Assembly: GCA_965232515.1 (NCBI GenBank)
Contig: CBDDPY010000002.1
Coordinates: forward strand, 4,480,001-4,544,000
DNA: 64,000 nt
Origin: Alphaproteobacteria bacterium
GTDB taxonomy: Bacteria; Pseudomonadota; Alphaproteobacteria; GCA-2731375
Direction: 5' to 3'
How positions within the stretch are numbered: position 1 is the stretch's first letter; every line of letters starts with the position of its first letter. Below, piece after piece: positions 8,684-18,303 of this stretch. The notes beneath the pieces are model-generated. The model did no database searches. It was not told the origin of the DNA and saw only the letters and a list, made by a program, of their open reading frames with translations. A program made the translations under genes and the position numbers.

Positions 8684-8881
8684 GTCGAGCCGCGGCCCTT
8701 CTGTTCGGCGGTGACGTCATGCCCGCCTTCCGTGGCCGACGCTAGCGGGGCCGGCCGGGACCGACATTGACTCAGGACAAGGCACGTTTTGCGTGTACCC
8801 CGCGTCCCGACGGTTCGCGCGCCCGTTAACGGTATGTTGCCGATCCTTCGCTATGAATCGCTAATGGCGGGGGGAGCGCCG

Positions 8882-10792
8882 ATGGACGGTAAGCGTGCGT
8901 CGCACAAACCAAGGCATGTCGGCCCGTTTTTGGCCGTTGCGTTCGCCTTCGCGTTTTATCTGGCCTTTGCCGCCGGCGATATCGGCGGGCCGGCCATGGC
9001 GGGCGACTTGGTTGTGACGATTTTGCTGGCAGCGGTGATTTTGGGTCTGGCCGCCGCGGGGATCGCCGGGCTCGTGGTGCGTCGGCGTTTTTTGCAACTC
9101 AAACGCGAAGCTGCCCGTGCCTCCGAGCTCGCCGACCGCCTTTCCACAACCGTGGAGACGCTGAACGCCGGTAATCAGGTGCTGCGCGACAGCGAAGAAC
9201 GCGCGGAGGCCGCGAACCGCGCCAAATCCGCCTTCCTCGCCAGCATGAGCCACGAGATCCGCACGCCGATGAACGGCATCATCGGCATGACGGCCCTGTT
9301 GCAGGACACCGACCTGTCGCCGGAGCAGCGCAATTACGTACAGGCCGTGCAGGATTCTGGCGACGCGCTTTTGAACCTGATCAACGACATCCTCGACTAC
9401 TCGAAGATCGAGGCCGGCCGTCTGGCATTCGAAGCGGTCGATTTTGACCTGGCCGCGATCACCGAACGCGTCGCGGAGCTGCTCGCCCCGCGGGCCAGCG
9501 CCAAGGGCATCGAGATTGCCACCCACTTCGATCCCGAGGTACCCACGGCCGTGCGCGGCGACCCCGGCCGGCTGCGCCAGGTGCTGCTGAACCTGGTCGG
9601 CAACGCCGTGAAGTTCACCGAAACCGGCGGCATCAGCATCGGCGTCTCGCTGCAGCGCGAGACGGCGCGGCGAATTCGTCTGAAGTTCGACGTCACCGAC
9701 ACCGGCATCGGCATTCCGCCGATGGCGCAGGCCGGCCTGTTCGACGAGTTCACACAAGGCGATGTCTCGGTGGCCCGCAAGTATGGCGGCACCGGGCTCG
9801 GCCTGGCGATCTGCCGGCAGATCGTCCTGCGCATGGGCGGCGAGATTGCCGTTGAGAGCAGCCCCGGCGAAGGCAGCACGTTCTGGTTCACCGTCGATCT
9901 GGAGATGCAGACGCAGCGTCACCCGACGGCGCCGTCCTCGCTCGCCGGCCTCAGCGTGCTGGTCGCCGACGGCAATCCGGTCAGCCGCGGCGTCGCCGCG
10001 CGCCAGCTCACGGCCTGCGGCGCCCAGGTGGTGTGCGTCGAGGACGCGACCGGCTGCATGGCGGCGCTGCGCGAGGTCGCATCGACCGATCCGTTCGACG
10101 TGGCGCTGATCGACATCAGTCTGCCGGACATGCCGGGCGACGCCGTCGCGCTGACCGTTCGGGCCGATGCGCCGCTCGCCGATACGCGCCTGATCGTCAT
10201 GCTGCCTGCCGAGAGCCGGGCCCGCGTCGACAACCTGCGGCGCGCCGGCTTCGACGCCTACATGATCAAGCCGATGCGGCAGCGCTCGCTGGCGCGCCGG
10301 GTCGCCATCGTGACCGGTCGCGAGACGGAAGACGCCGTGCTGCCGAGCGGCGACGCGGCGCGGGTCGACCACGGACCGACGGTGGTGAATGTCGGCGGCG
10401 CCCGGCGGCTGCGGATTCTGCTGGCCGAGGACAACGCCATCAACCAGATGCTGGCGACGGCCTTGCTGGAGAAGGCCGGTCATCATGTCGATGCCGTCGG
10501 CAACGGCGCCGAAGCCGTCGAGGCGGTCGTGGCGGCGGCCTACGACCTGGTGCTGATGGATGTGCGCATGCCTGAGGTCGACGGTCTGGAAGCGACGCGG
10601 CAGATCCGCGCGCTCGGCGGGCCCAAAGCCGATCTACCGATCATCGCCATGACCGCCAACGTCATGACCGAGGAGCGCGACGAGTGCCTCGCCGCCGGCA
10701 TGAGCGACCACATCGCCAAGCCGATCGACGAGGACGATCTGATGCGCGCCGTCGCCAAATGGCAGCCGTCCGATCTGATGGCGGCATCGTGA
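8882..10792 (+). CDS. Membrane-bound hybrid histidine kinase with two receiver domains
   Basis: [16 protein letters not shown]-box, GNAVKFT, GGTGLGL, two REC domains; start uncertain. Confidence 0.9.
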   Translation: MDGKRASHKPRHVGPFLAVAFAFAFYLAFAAGDIGGPAMAGDLVVTILLAAVILGLAAAGIAGLVVRRRFLQLKREAARASELADRLSTTVETLNAGNQVLRDSEERAEAANRAKSAFLASMSHEIRTPMNGIIGMTALLQDTDLSPEQRNYVQAVQDSGDALLNLINDILDYSKIEAGRLAFEAVDFDLAAITERVAELLAPRASAKGIEIATHFDPEVPTAVRGDPGRLRQVLLNLVGNAVKFTETGGISIGVSLQRETARRIRLKFDVTDTGIGIPPMAQAGLFDEFTQGDVSVARKYGGTGLGLAICRQIVLRMGGEIAVESSPGEGSTFWFTVDLEMQTQRHPTAPSSLAGLSVLVADGNPVSRGVAARQLTACGAQVVCVEDATGCMAALREVASTDPFDVALIDISLPDMPGDAVALTVRADAPLADTRLIVMLPAESRARVDNLRRAGFDAYMIKPMRQRSLARRVAIVTGRETEDAVLPSGDAARVDHGPTVVNVGGARRLRILLAEDNAINQMLATALLEKAGHHVDAVGNGAEAVEAVVAAAYDLVLMDVRMPEVDGLEATRQIRALGGPKADLPIIAMTANVMTEERDECLAAGMSDHIAKPIDEDDLMRAVAKWQPSDLMAAS

Positions 10793-10908
10793 ATACTGGC
10801 GTGACGGCCGGCGGCGCTTGCATGCGGGGGCGCGCGGTCTAAAGTGGCGGTCGCCTGCGTCCCGATTCGCCGCTACGCGCGGCCGGACGCGCCAACACCG
10901 GCGATGCC

Positions 10909-12261
10909 GTGAGCGAACCGTCCCGACAATCCTGGCTTCAGACGCTGGCCGTCTACACCGACCGGCGGGTCATCGCGATCCTCCTGCTCGGCTTCTCCAG
11001 CGGCCTGCCGCTGCTGCTGACATTGTCGACGTTGACGATCTGGTTGGCCGAGGAAGGTATCTCCAAGACCACGATCGGTTTGTTCGCGCTGGTCGGTCTG
11101 CCCTATTCGATCAAGTTCCTCTGGGCGCCGTTGATCGACCGGCTGCCGTTGCCGCCGCTGACGACGCTGTTGGGCCGGCGGCGCGGCTGGGCGGTCGGCA
11201 CGCAGCTGGCGCTGATGGCCGGTATCGTCGGCCTCGGCGGGGCCGATCCGTCGACGAACCTGTTGGCCATGGCCTGGTGGGCGGCGTTCGTGGCCTTCGC
11301 GTCGGCCAGTCAGGACGTGGTCATCGACGCTTACCGCGTCGAGCTGCTGGATGAGTCGCAATACGGCGCCGGCGCGGCAATGTATGTCGCCGGTTATCGC
11401 GTCGGGATGTTGGCGGCGGGCGCCGGGGCCCTGTTCCTGGCCGAAGCGACGACCTGGTTTCTGGTCTATTGCGCCATGGCTGCCCTGGTCCTCATCGGCG
11501 TCGGCACCATTCTGCTCAGCCCCGAGCCGGCGGCGGCCGACGTGCCGGAACAGGAGCAGCGCGCGGCCGCGTGGTTGCGCGAACGAACGCGGCTCACCGG
11601 CGCGCCGATGCGGCTTCTGCAATGGATACATGGCGCCGCGATTTCACCGTTTGCCGACTTTATGTCGCGCCCCGCGTGGCTCGCTATCCTGCTCTTTATC
11701 CTGCTCTACAAGTTCGGCGACGCGCTCGCCGGCGTGATGGCCAATCCGTTCTATGTCGAAATTGGCTTTACGAAGGGCGAGATCGCCAGCGTCTCGAAGA
11801 TCTTCGGTCTTGCGGCGACGCTCATGGGCGGCTTCATCGGCGGCCTGATGGTGGTGCGGGTCGGCATCCTGCGCAGTCTGTTCCTGTGCGGCGTGCTGCA
11901 GATGCTGTCGAACCTGATGTTCGCCGTGCAGGCCGTTGTCGGCCATGACATCGGCATGCTGACGCTCGTGATCGCGTTGGAAAATCTCGCCGGCGGCATG
12001 GGCACGGCGGCCTTCGTCGCCTATCTCTCGGCCCTGTGCAACGTCGCTTACACCGCGACGCAATACGCCCTGCTGTCGTCGTTCATGTCGTTCGGACGTA
12101 CCACATTGTCGTCGTCCGGCGGCTGGATTGCGGACCAGACGGACTGGGTTGTTTTCTTCGTCATCACCACCGTCGCGGCCCTGCCTGGCCTGCTGTTGCT
12201 GGTCTGGCTGGCGCGGCGCGGTTACCGGGCCGAGGCGTCGCCGGCGGCGGCGGGGGATTGA
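10909..12261 (+). CDS. ampG: Muropeptide MFS permease AmpG
   Basis: LGFSSGLPL, KFLWAPLID, LGRRRGW, SASQDVVIDAYRVE, ATQYALLSS. Confidence 0.92.
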   Translation: MSEPSRQSWLQTLAVYTDRRVIAILLLGFSSGLPLLLTLSTLTIWLAEEGISKTTIGLFALVGLPYSIKFLWAPLIDRLPLPPLTTLLGRRRGWAVGTQLALMAGIVGLGGADPSTNLLAMAWWAAFVAFASASQDVVIDAYRVELLDESQYGAGAAMYVAGYRVGMLAAGAGALFLAEATTWFLVYCAMAALVLIGVGTILLSPEPAAADVPEQEQRAAAWLRERTRLTGAPMRLLQWIHGAAISPFADFMSRPAWLAILLFILLYKFGDALAGVMANPFYVEIGFTKGEIASVSKIFGLAATLMGGFIGGLMVVRVGILRSLFLCGVLQMLSNLMFAVQAVVGHDIGMLTLVIALENLAGGMGTAAFVAYLSALCNVAYTATQYALLSSFMSFGRTTLSSSGGWIADQTDWVVFFVITTVAALPGLLLLVWLARRGYRAEASPAAAGD

Positions 12262-12280
12262 GGCGGCTGTCGACCGGCGG

Positions 12281-12553
12281 TCAGCGGTAGAATTCGACGA
12301 AGAACGTCACGTCGCCGAGCGGCGTCACCTGGTGCGGCACCGCGGGCTCGACCACGCCCGACAGTTCCGGGGTCAGAACTTGGCTCTCGTACGGCTCTAG
12401 GATCTCGTAGTGGAGCGCGCCCTCGAGCACGGTGATCCGACCCCAGACGCCGGCGGCGGTCCGATGCGCCTTCTGAAGGCCCGCGGGCAGCGTGTCCTGC
12501 GTGAAGGTCGGCGTTTGCCGGTAGGCCGTGGTCGTAGCTGGAATGGTCTTCAT
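12281..12553 (-). CDS. DUF1971 (YeaR/TehB N-terminal-like cupin) protein
   Basis: Y..TP.FT..TLP.GL...H.T.AGVWG.I.VLEG.L.Y, P.VPH.V, F.VEFY. Confidence 0.85.
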   Translation of the reverse strand: MKTIPATTTAYRQTPTFTQDTLPAGLQKAHRTAAGVWGRITVLEGALHYEILEPYESQVLTPELSGVVEPAVPHQVTPLGDVTFFVEFYR

Positions 12554-12951
12554 CGCACCGCGCGTCGCCTTTGGACATCTGCCGGGGAATAGAACATCGC
12601 CAGCTTCAGGCTGGCGGCAATGCGCTCGGCGCGCAACCGGATATCGGCCGCCGTCTCGGGCTCGAACAGCTCGATTAACGTTGCGCCGAACAACGCGAGC
12701 CAGCGGTCGAACAGCTCGGGCGTGACGCCGGACAAGCGCTTGTGGGCGATCAGCGGGTTGCCGCCGTAACGGCCGCTCTTCAGCAACACCGACGACCAGA
12801 AGTCTCGCATGGTCTGCAGGTGCGCCGTCCAGTCGTCGCCGATCACGCGCTCGAACACCGGGCCGAGCAACGGATCGACCTTGACCCGGGCATAGAACCG
12901 GTCGACCAGGGCGACGATGCTGTCTTCCGTGACAGGCCGAGAAAGCGTCAT
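12550..12951 (-). CDS. Group III truncated hemoglobin
   Basis: LVDRFYARVK.DPLLGPVF, W..HL..M.DFWSSV, Y.GNP...H, FDRWL.LF. Confidence 0.9.
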   Translation of the reverse strand: MTLSRPVTEDSIVALVDRFYARVKVDPLLGPVFERVIGDDWTAHLQTMRDFWSSVLLKSGRYGGNPLIAHKRLSGVTPELFDRWLALFGATLIELFEPETAADIRLRAERIAASLKLAMFYSPADVQRRRAVR

Positions 12952-12972
12952 TCGCAATCCAATCCGTTGATA

Positions 12973-12995
12973 AAGATGTACAGAAAATACATATT
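12973..12995. promoter_or_regulatory. NsrR-type 11-1-11 operator, with an extra half-site at 13023-13033
   Basis: AAGATGTACAGAAAATACATATT resembles the AAGATGYATTT-N-AAATRCATCTT consensus; AAATACATCTT half-site nearby. Confidence 0.7.
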
Positions 12996-13051
12996 AAAAC
13001 GATCTGCTAAATTCAATATCGGAAATACATCTTTTGGACTAAGATCCGATC

Positions 13052-13489
13052 ATGCGACTGACCCGCTACACTGACTACGCGCTGCGCGTGCTGATGTACC
13101 TCGGCATGCGCGACGACCGCCTGAGCACGATCCACGAGATCGCCACCCAATACGGCATCTCGGAGAACCATCTGACCAAGGTCGTGCATCAGCTTGGCCG
13201 GCACGGCCTGATCAAGACGATCCGCGGCCGCAACGGCGGGCTGATGCTGGGCAAGCCCGCCGAGCGGATCAATGTCGGCAAGGTGGTCCGCCTGACCGAG
13301 GCCGACTTCGAGATCGTCGAATGCTTCAACCGCGAGACGAACCAATGCGTGTTGCACGGCGCCTGCGTGCTGCAAAAGGCGCTGTCCGAGGCCGTGCGCG
13401 CGTTCCTCGAGGTGCTGGACGGCTATACCCTGGCCGACCTGCTGCAGCCCGGCAACCGCTTGGCGAAACGCTTGCTTGCGGCGTCCTGA
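13052..13489 (+). CDS. nsrR: Rrf2 family NO-responsive repressor
   Basis: MRLTRYTDYALRVLMYL, RGRNGG, three Cys (EC...C.....C). Confidence 0.85.
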   Translation: MRLTRYTDYALRVLMYLGMRDDRLSTIHEIATQYGISENHLTKVVHQLGRHGLIKTIRGRNGGLMLGKPAERINVGKVVRLTEADFEIVECFNRETNQCVLHGACVLQKALSEAVRAFLEVLDGYTLADLLQPGNRLAKRLLAAS

Positions 13490-13506
13490 GCGGTCAGGAT
13501 TCGTCC

Positions 13507-14022
13507 ATGACCGACCGCATTGAGATCGTCGAAGCCGATATCACGACGCTCGCGGTCGACGCCATCGTCAATGCCGCCAACGAATCGCTGCTGGGTGGGG
13601 GCGGGGTCGACGGCGCCATCCATCGGGCCGCCGGGCCCGATCTGCTGGCGGAGTGTAGAGGCATCGGTGGTTGCCCGACAGGCGAGGCGCGCATCACCGG
13701 CGGCTATCGGTTGCCGGCGCGGCACGTTATCCACACCGTCGGCCCGGTCTGGCGCGGCGGCGATGCCGGTGAGCCGGATCTGCTGGCGTCGTGCTATCGC
13801 AGTTGCTTCAGACTTGCCGACGCCAACTGTGTCACGTCGATCGCCTTCCCGGCTATCAGCACGGGCGTCTATGGCTATCCTCTGGCCGACGCGACGCGCA
13901 TCGCGATCGGCGAGGCGAAGGCTTATCTCGCCGCCGGCGGCGCCATCGAGCGTATCGTCTTCGCCTGTTTCGGCGCCGAGGCCATGACGGCTTACCGCGA
14001 CACGCTCGCCGCCGCCGACTGA
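13507..14022 (+). CDS. Macro domain O-acetyl-ADP-ribose deacetylase (YmdB-like)
   Basis: DAIVNAANESLLGGGGVDGAIHRAAG, HTVGPVW, FPAISTGVYG. Confidence 0.92.
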   Translation: MTDRIEIVEADITTLAVDAIVNAANESLLGGGGVDGAIHRAAGPDLLAECRGIGGCPTGEARITGGYRLPARHVIHTVGPVWRGGDAGEPDLLASCYRSCFRLADANCVTSIAFPAISTGVYGYPLADATRIAIGEAKAYLAAGGAIERIVFACFGAEAMTAYRDTLAAAD

Positions 14023-14118
14023 CCGACATCAGGCTTTCATTTGACCCGTGGACCGTCGCGGCCTACGTTTAGAGACGGGGCTGCAAACGGAACCTCGATA
14101 TCGCGAAAGGGGTATTCC

Positions 14119-14322
14119 ATGCGTAAGACACTTCTGGTCGGTTTGGCGGGCGCGTTCATGCTGGCCTCCGGCGCGGCTATGGCCGGCGGCGCGGGCGGTT
14201 GCGGCTGGGGCATCCACACCGCCCAAGGCAACGGCGAGCAGCAGACGGTCTCGACCGAGCTGGCCAATCCGACCAAGCCGTCGCAGACGGCCCAGGACGC
14301 CACCAAGGGCACCAAGGGCTAA
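14119..14322 (+). CDS. Small secreted hypothetical protein
   Basis: Signal-peptide-like MRKTLLVGLAGAFMLASGAAMA; purine-rich RBS; downstream hairpins. Confidence 0.6.
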   Translation: MRKTLLVGLAGAFMLASGAAMAGGAGGCGWGIHTAQGNGEQQTVSTELANPTKPSQTAQDATKGTKG

Positions 14323-14361
14323 GCACGGATTCGCCGTTCTGAACGGCGATTGGAACTGCCG

Positions 14362-14406
14362 AAAGCGCGTCTGGATCGTGTGATACCGCTCCAGCGCGCT
14401 TTTTTT
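14362..14406 (+). terminator. Probable intrinsic terminator
   Basis: AAAGCGCG.CTGGA...TCCAGCGCGCTTT followed by a T run; second hairpin at 14331-14349. Confidence 0.5.
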
Positions 14407-14493
14407 GCCCTTGAAATCGCATTTAACGAGAAATACCTGCGGTGCAATGCGAGCGCCACAGGATCGACATAATCAATTGCTAAAGTGATTCGC

Positions 14494-15339
14494 ATGGACG
14501 CACAGGCGCAGGCCTATCCGGCGGACCAGCCGGTCTTGCCGGAGGTGTTGGCGACGGCCGGCGAGTTGACGGTTCGGCTGGCCCGCACGGCGGAAGAGAT
14601 CGCGGCGGCGCAGGCGCTGCGTTACGAGGTGTTTTACAAAGAAATGGCAGCCGCGCCGACGCCGGAAATGGCGGCGCTCGAGCGTGACTTCGACCGGTTC
14701 GACGAGATCTGCGACATTCTGCTGGTGATCGACGGCGCCCGCCCGCCCGAGCAAGCCGTGGTTGGCACCTATCGTATGCTGCGCCAAGAGGTGGCTTGGG
14801 CCAACGACGGTTTCTATTCGGCCGACGAATACGATCTGACGCCGCTGTCGCGGCGGTTCAGCGAAAGCGAGCGCGGGTTGGAGTTGGGCCGCAGCTGCGT
14901 GCATCGCGACTATCGTTCGAACGCCACGATCCAGCTGCTGTGGCGCGCAATCGCCGAATACATGGCGACCTACAACATCGCCTGGATGTTCGGTTGCGCC
15001 AGCCTGCCCGGCACCGAGCCCGACGCACTCGCCGAGCCGCTGTCGTTTCTGCATCATCACTGCCTGGCGCCCGAGGACCTCCGGGTCCGCGCCGTACCCG
15101 ACCGTTATGTCGGGATGGACCGGCTGCCGGCCGAGGAGGTGTCGCCCCGCCGGGCGCTGGCCCTGCTGCCGCCGCTGATCAAAGGCTATCTGCGGCTTGG
15201 CGCGCATATCGGCGACGGCGCCGTAATCGATCCGCAGTTCGGCACCACCGACGTCTGCATCATCCTGCCGGTACGCCGCATCGGCCAGCGCTACTTCTCG
15301 CATTTCCGCCCCGGCGCCGAAGCCGGCGGCAAGGCATAG
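14494..15339 (+). CDS. olsB: Ornithine lipid N-acyltransferase (GNAT)
   Basis: AQALRYEVF..EM, VGTYR, LELGRSCV...YRS, FGCASLPG, LPPLIKGYLRLGA, DPQFGTTD. Confidence 0.85.
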   Translation: MDAQAQAYPADQPVLPEVLATAGELTVRLARTAEEIAAAQALRYEVFYKEMAAAPTPEMAALERDFDRFDEICDILLVIDGARPPEQAVVGTYRMLRQEVAWANDGFYSADEYDLTPLSRRFSESERGLELGRSCVHRDYRSNATIQLLWRAIAEYMATYNIAWMFGCASLPGTEPDALAEPLSFLHHHCLAPEDLRVRAVPDRYVGMDRLPAEEVSPRRALALLPPLIKGYLRLGAHIGDGAVIDPQFGTTDVCIILPVRRIGQRYFSHFRPGAEAGGKA

Positions 15340-15399
15340 CCGTCCGACGCGGCTCTGCTAGACTTGCCGGCGATCGTCGTTCGCCGGATTCCTGACTTG

Positions 15400-16401
15400 A
15401 TGACAGCCGCCAGCGCCAGTTCCACCCGACCGGCCGCTGTAGCCGCGGGCCGGCTGGATGTGATCGACGCCGCCCGCGGCGGCGCCGTCGGCCTGATGGT
15501 GGTCTATCACCTGTGCTGGGATCTTTCCTATTTCGGCTTCGTGCAGTTCGACCTGCTGACCAATCCCTGGTGGCTGGCGTTCCGAACCCTGATCCTTGGC
15601 TCGTTTCTGGCCATCGCCGGATTCGTGCAGGTCCTGGCCCATGGCAATGGCGTCCGTCCCTTGCCGTTCCTGCGGCGCCTCGGCCTGTTGGTGGCGAGCG
15701 CCGCGGCGATCACGTTGGCCAGTTGGCTGGTTTTTCCGGACAGCTACATTTTCTTCGGCGTGCTGCATTGCCTGGCGCTGGCCAGCCTGCTGACGCTCGG
15801 CGTCCAGCGCTTGCCGGCGCCGTTGATCCTCGCCGCCGCGGCCTTCTGCATCGTGGCGCCGGCGTTGTTCGCGCAGCCGTTCTTCGACCGTCCCTGGCTG
15901 TACTGGCTTGGCCTGGTCACCGAGACGCCGGTCTCGAACGACTATGTGCCGATGCTGCCCTGGTTCGGTGTCACGCTGCTGGGTGTCGCTGCCGGCCGGT
16001 TCGCGGCCGTCGATCTCGACAGCCGGCTGCCGGCCGTCGGCTGGCGGTCACGCCGTCCGGCCGAGCGGGCGTTGTGCTGGTCCGGCCGCCACAGCCTGCT
16101 GGTCTATCTGGTGCACCAACCGGTCCTGCTCGGCCTGCTCTACGCCGCCACATTGGTCGTCGAGGTCGAGCGGCCGGACGCGCTCTCCCAGGCCAAGGCG
16201 GCCTTCGCCCGCGACTGCTATGCCAGTTGCGTACCGACCGCCAACGCGGCGACCCCGCCGCTCGACTGCGGGGCCTATTGCGCCTGCATTGGCGATGGCC
16301 TGACGGTCGCCGATCTCTGGCCGCAGGTATTGGAGAACAATCTGACGAGGTTGCAGGAAAGCCGTATTGCTGGCCTGGTGGCGCAGTGCATGCGGCCGTG
16401 A
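15400..16401 (+). CDS. DUF1624 / heparan-alpha-glucosaminide N-acetyltransferase-like membrane protein
   Basis: ID.ARG.A...MVVYH..WDL, IFFGVLH, DYVP.LPW, GRHSL.VYLVHQP. Confidence 0.85.
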   Translation: MTAASASSTRPAAVAAGRLDVIDAARGGAVGLMVVYHLCWDLSYFGFVQFDLLTNPWWLAFRTLILGSFLAIAGFVQVLAHGNGVRPLPFLRRLGLLVASAAAITLASWLVFPDSYIFFGVLHCLALASLLTLGVQRLPAPLILAAAAFCIVAPALFAQPFFDRPWLYWLGLVTETPVSNDYVPMLPWFGVTLLGVAAGRFAAVDLDSRLPAVGWRSRRPAERALCWSGRHSLLVYLVHQPVLLGLLYAATLVVEVERPDALSQAKAAFARDCYASCVPTANAATPPLDCGAYCACIGDGLTVADLWPQVLENNLTRLQESRIAGLVAQCMRP

Positions 16402-16426
16402 CGGCCGCCGGAACGCGTCGGATCGA

Positions 16427-16561
16427 TCAGGACACGAGAAGCAGCGGCGCCCAGATCAGCAGGGCCACGACGAGGCCTGCCCACAGCAGCACCAGGGTCC
16501 GCGAGATATCTTCGACACGCTGCGCCGTGGCCTGCTCGATGGCGGTATTTCCCTCAAACAT
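16427..16561 (-). CDS. Putative 44-aa single-pass membrane protein, absent from ORF track
   Basis: ATG 16561 to TGA 16427: MFEGNTAIEQATAQRVEDISRTLVLLWAGLVVALLIWAPLLLVS; GC3-rich codons. Confidence 0.55.
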   Translation of the reverse strand: MFEGNTAIEQATAQRVEDISRTLVLLWAGLVVALLIWAPLLLVS

Positions 16562-16603
16562 CGGCATCGCCGATATCGGGTTTTTGCGGCGCGCGAACAT
16601 CGC

Positions 16604-16924
16604 CTATGCAGCCAGACGCAGCGGGGAAAAAGGGCGCGCGGTCGGCCGGCTGACGGTCTCCATGCTCTGTGACCCGTGTTGCCGCCACCAGGCGTCGAAA
16701 TGCTGTTCGGCCGTGCCGTCGCCGTCGCGCAGCCAGGCCAGCTCGTAAATCTCGCCGCCCCATAGTTCGAGCACGGCGTCGAAGTCCCGTCCGCGAAGCA
16801 CGAAATTCTCCGAGTCCGCGTCCAGGCGCGCGAAAACGTCGCCCGGCAGATTGCGTCGCTCGTCCCACTCCAGATCGAGGGACTCGTGAAGCGCGATGAT
16901 CTTGTCGATAGCGGTGTCGAACAT
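16604..16924 (-). CDS. Hypothetical protein
   Basis: GGGGAG RBS before ATG 16924; host-like codon usage. Confidence 0.6.
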   Translation of the reverse strand: MFDTAIDKIIALHESLDLEWDERRNLPGDVFARLDADSENFVLRGRDFDAVLELWGGEIYELAWLRDGDGTAEQHFDAWWRQHGSQSMETVSRPTARPFSPLRLAA

Positions 16925-17151
16925 GGTGGTCTCCCCGGACTGGCGCACTGACGTGCCGTGTCTCCTCAGCTGTTCGAATATTTGGGGCCAGACGCGCCGA
17001 AATTGTGTGAGGGTTTTCACAAACCGGCGCTTTTTCGGGAAAAATCGTAAATCGGCGGGGCATGCGCCCGCCGCAGACCCGGTTTTGTGCTGGCCCGCCG
17101 TTCGTTCCGCGCTAGGCTGAACGGAGGCCCGCAGCCAGACCCGGAGGTCCG

Positions 17152-17502
17152 ATGATCAAGCGCATCTCTCTCCTGACCCGCAAGCCCGGCATGTCGCGGA
17201 AAGACTTCAACAAATACTGGCTGGAGGTGCATGGACCGATGGTGCGGACGCTGCCGAATGTTCGGCAGTATATCCAGAACCACATTGTCGACGACGCGCA
17301 CCGGCACGATCTGCCGACCGGGGGTCAGGCCGTCGACGGCATCGTCGAATTCTGGTTCGACAGCGTGGAAGACATGGACGCCTGCTTCGCCACGCCCGAA
17401 GCCAAGGCCTGCTTCGCCGACGGCGCCAAGTTCATCGAAACGGTCACGACCTACGTGATCGAGGAGCACAAGGTCATCCCCGACACGACCGGCGTCGTCT
17501 AA
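17152..17502 (+). CDS. EthD family protein
   Basis: RKPGMSR.DF..YW.EVHGP, YIQNH, DGIVEFWFDS. Confidence 0.85.
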   Translation: MIKRISLLTRKPGMSRKDFNKYWLEVHGPMVRTLPNVRQYIQNHIVDDAHRHDLPTGGQAVDGIVEFWFDSVEDMDACFATPEAKACFADGAKFIETVTTYVIEEHKVIPDTTGVV

Positions 17503-17530
17503 CTGTCAGTGGTCTGTCAGTGGCCGGTCG

Positions 17531-18286
17531 TCAGACGACGGTGATGCCGCTGTCGACCGGGATCACCTGGCCCGTGGTGATGCGCGCTTCATCGGACGCG
17601 AGGTACAGCGCCGCGTAGGCGATGTCCTCCGGCTCGCCGATGCCGAGCAGGTGCGTGTTGAGCTGCTTTTCCAGCGCCGGATCGGCATCGACCAGCGCCT
17701 GCACCCGCGGCGTGCGCGTGGTCGACGGCGCGATGGCGTTCACGCGGATGTTGTGCGCGGCGTACTCCGCAGCCATCGACCGGGTCATGGCGGCGACGCC
17801 GCCTTTCGCCGCCGTGTAGCAATCGCGCCCGGGGATCGCCATCAGGGCGACGTTCGAGCTCATGTTGATGACCGAGCCGCCGCCGGCCTTGATCAACTCG
17901 GGAATGCCGTATTTGCAGCCAAGGAAGGTGCCGAACAGGTCCAGCGAGATCGCCCGCCAGAACTCTTCGACCGGCGCCTCGGTGACAGGCCCGTCCCGCG
18001 ACGTCGAGCCGCCGGCATTGTTGTAGACGATGTCCAGCCGCCCGAAGGCCTCGACCGCGGCGGCGACCATCGCTTCGACGCTTTCCGGCTTGGTCACGTC
18101 GGTCTGGACGAACAGGCCCTTGCCGCCATCCGCCTCGATCTGCTGTAACGTCTCCTCGCCGCCGGCCGCATCGATATCGGCGATGGCGACCTTCGCGCCC
18201 TCGCGGGCAAACAGCACCGCGGCCGCCCGGCCGATGCCGGAACCGCCGCCGGTGATGAACCCCGCCTTGCCGTCAAGCCGACCCAT
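17531..18286 (-). CDS. Short-chain dehydrogenase/reductase
   Basis: TGGGSGIG, NNAG, YTAAK. Confidence 0.92.
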   Translation of the reverse strand: MGRLDGKAGFITGGGSGIGRAAAVLFAREGAKVAIADIDAAGGEETLQQIEADGGKGLFVQTDVTKPESVEAMVAAAVEAFGRLDIVYNNAGGSTSRDGPVTEAPVEEFWRAISLDLFGTFLGCKYGIPELIKAGGGSVINMSSNVALMAIPGRDCYTAAKGGVAAMTRSMAAEYAAHNIRVNAIAPSTTRTPRVQALVDADPALEKQLNTHLLGIGEPEDIAYAALYLASDEARITTGQVIPVDSGITVV

Positions 18287-18303
18287 GCCGTGTCTCCCTT
18301 GCG

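Noticed and set aside
13507-14022. Macro domain as antitoxin to the RES protein (DarG-like)
   Set aside because: More than 12 kb away, outside the island, and an ordinary YmdB-type protein.
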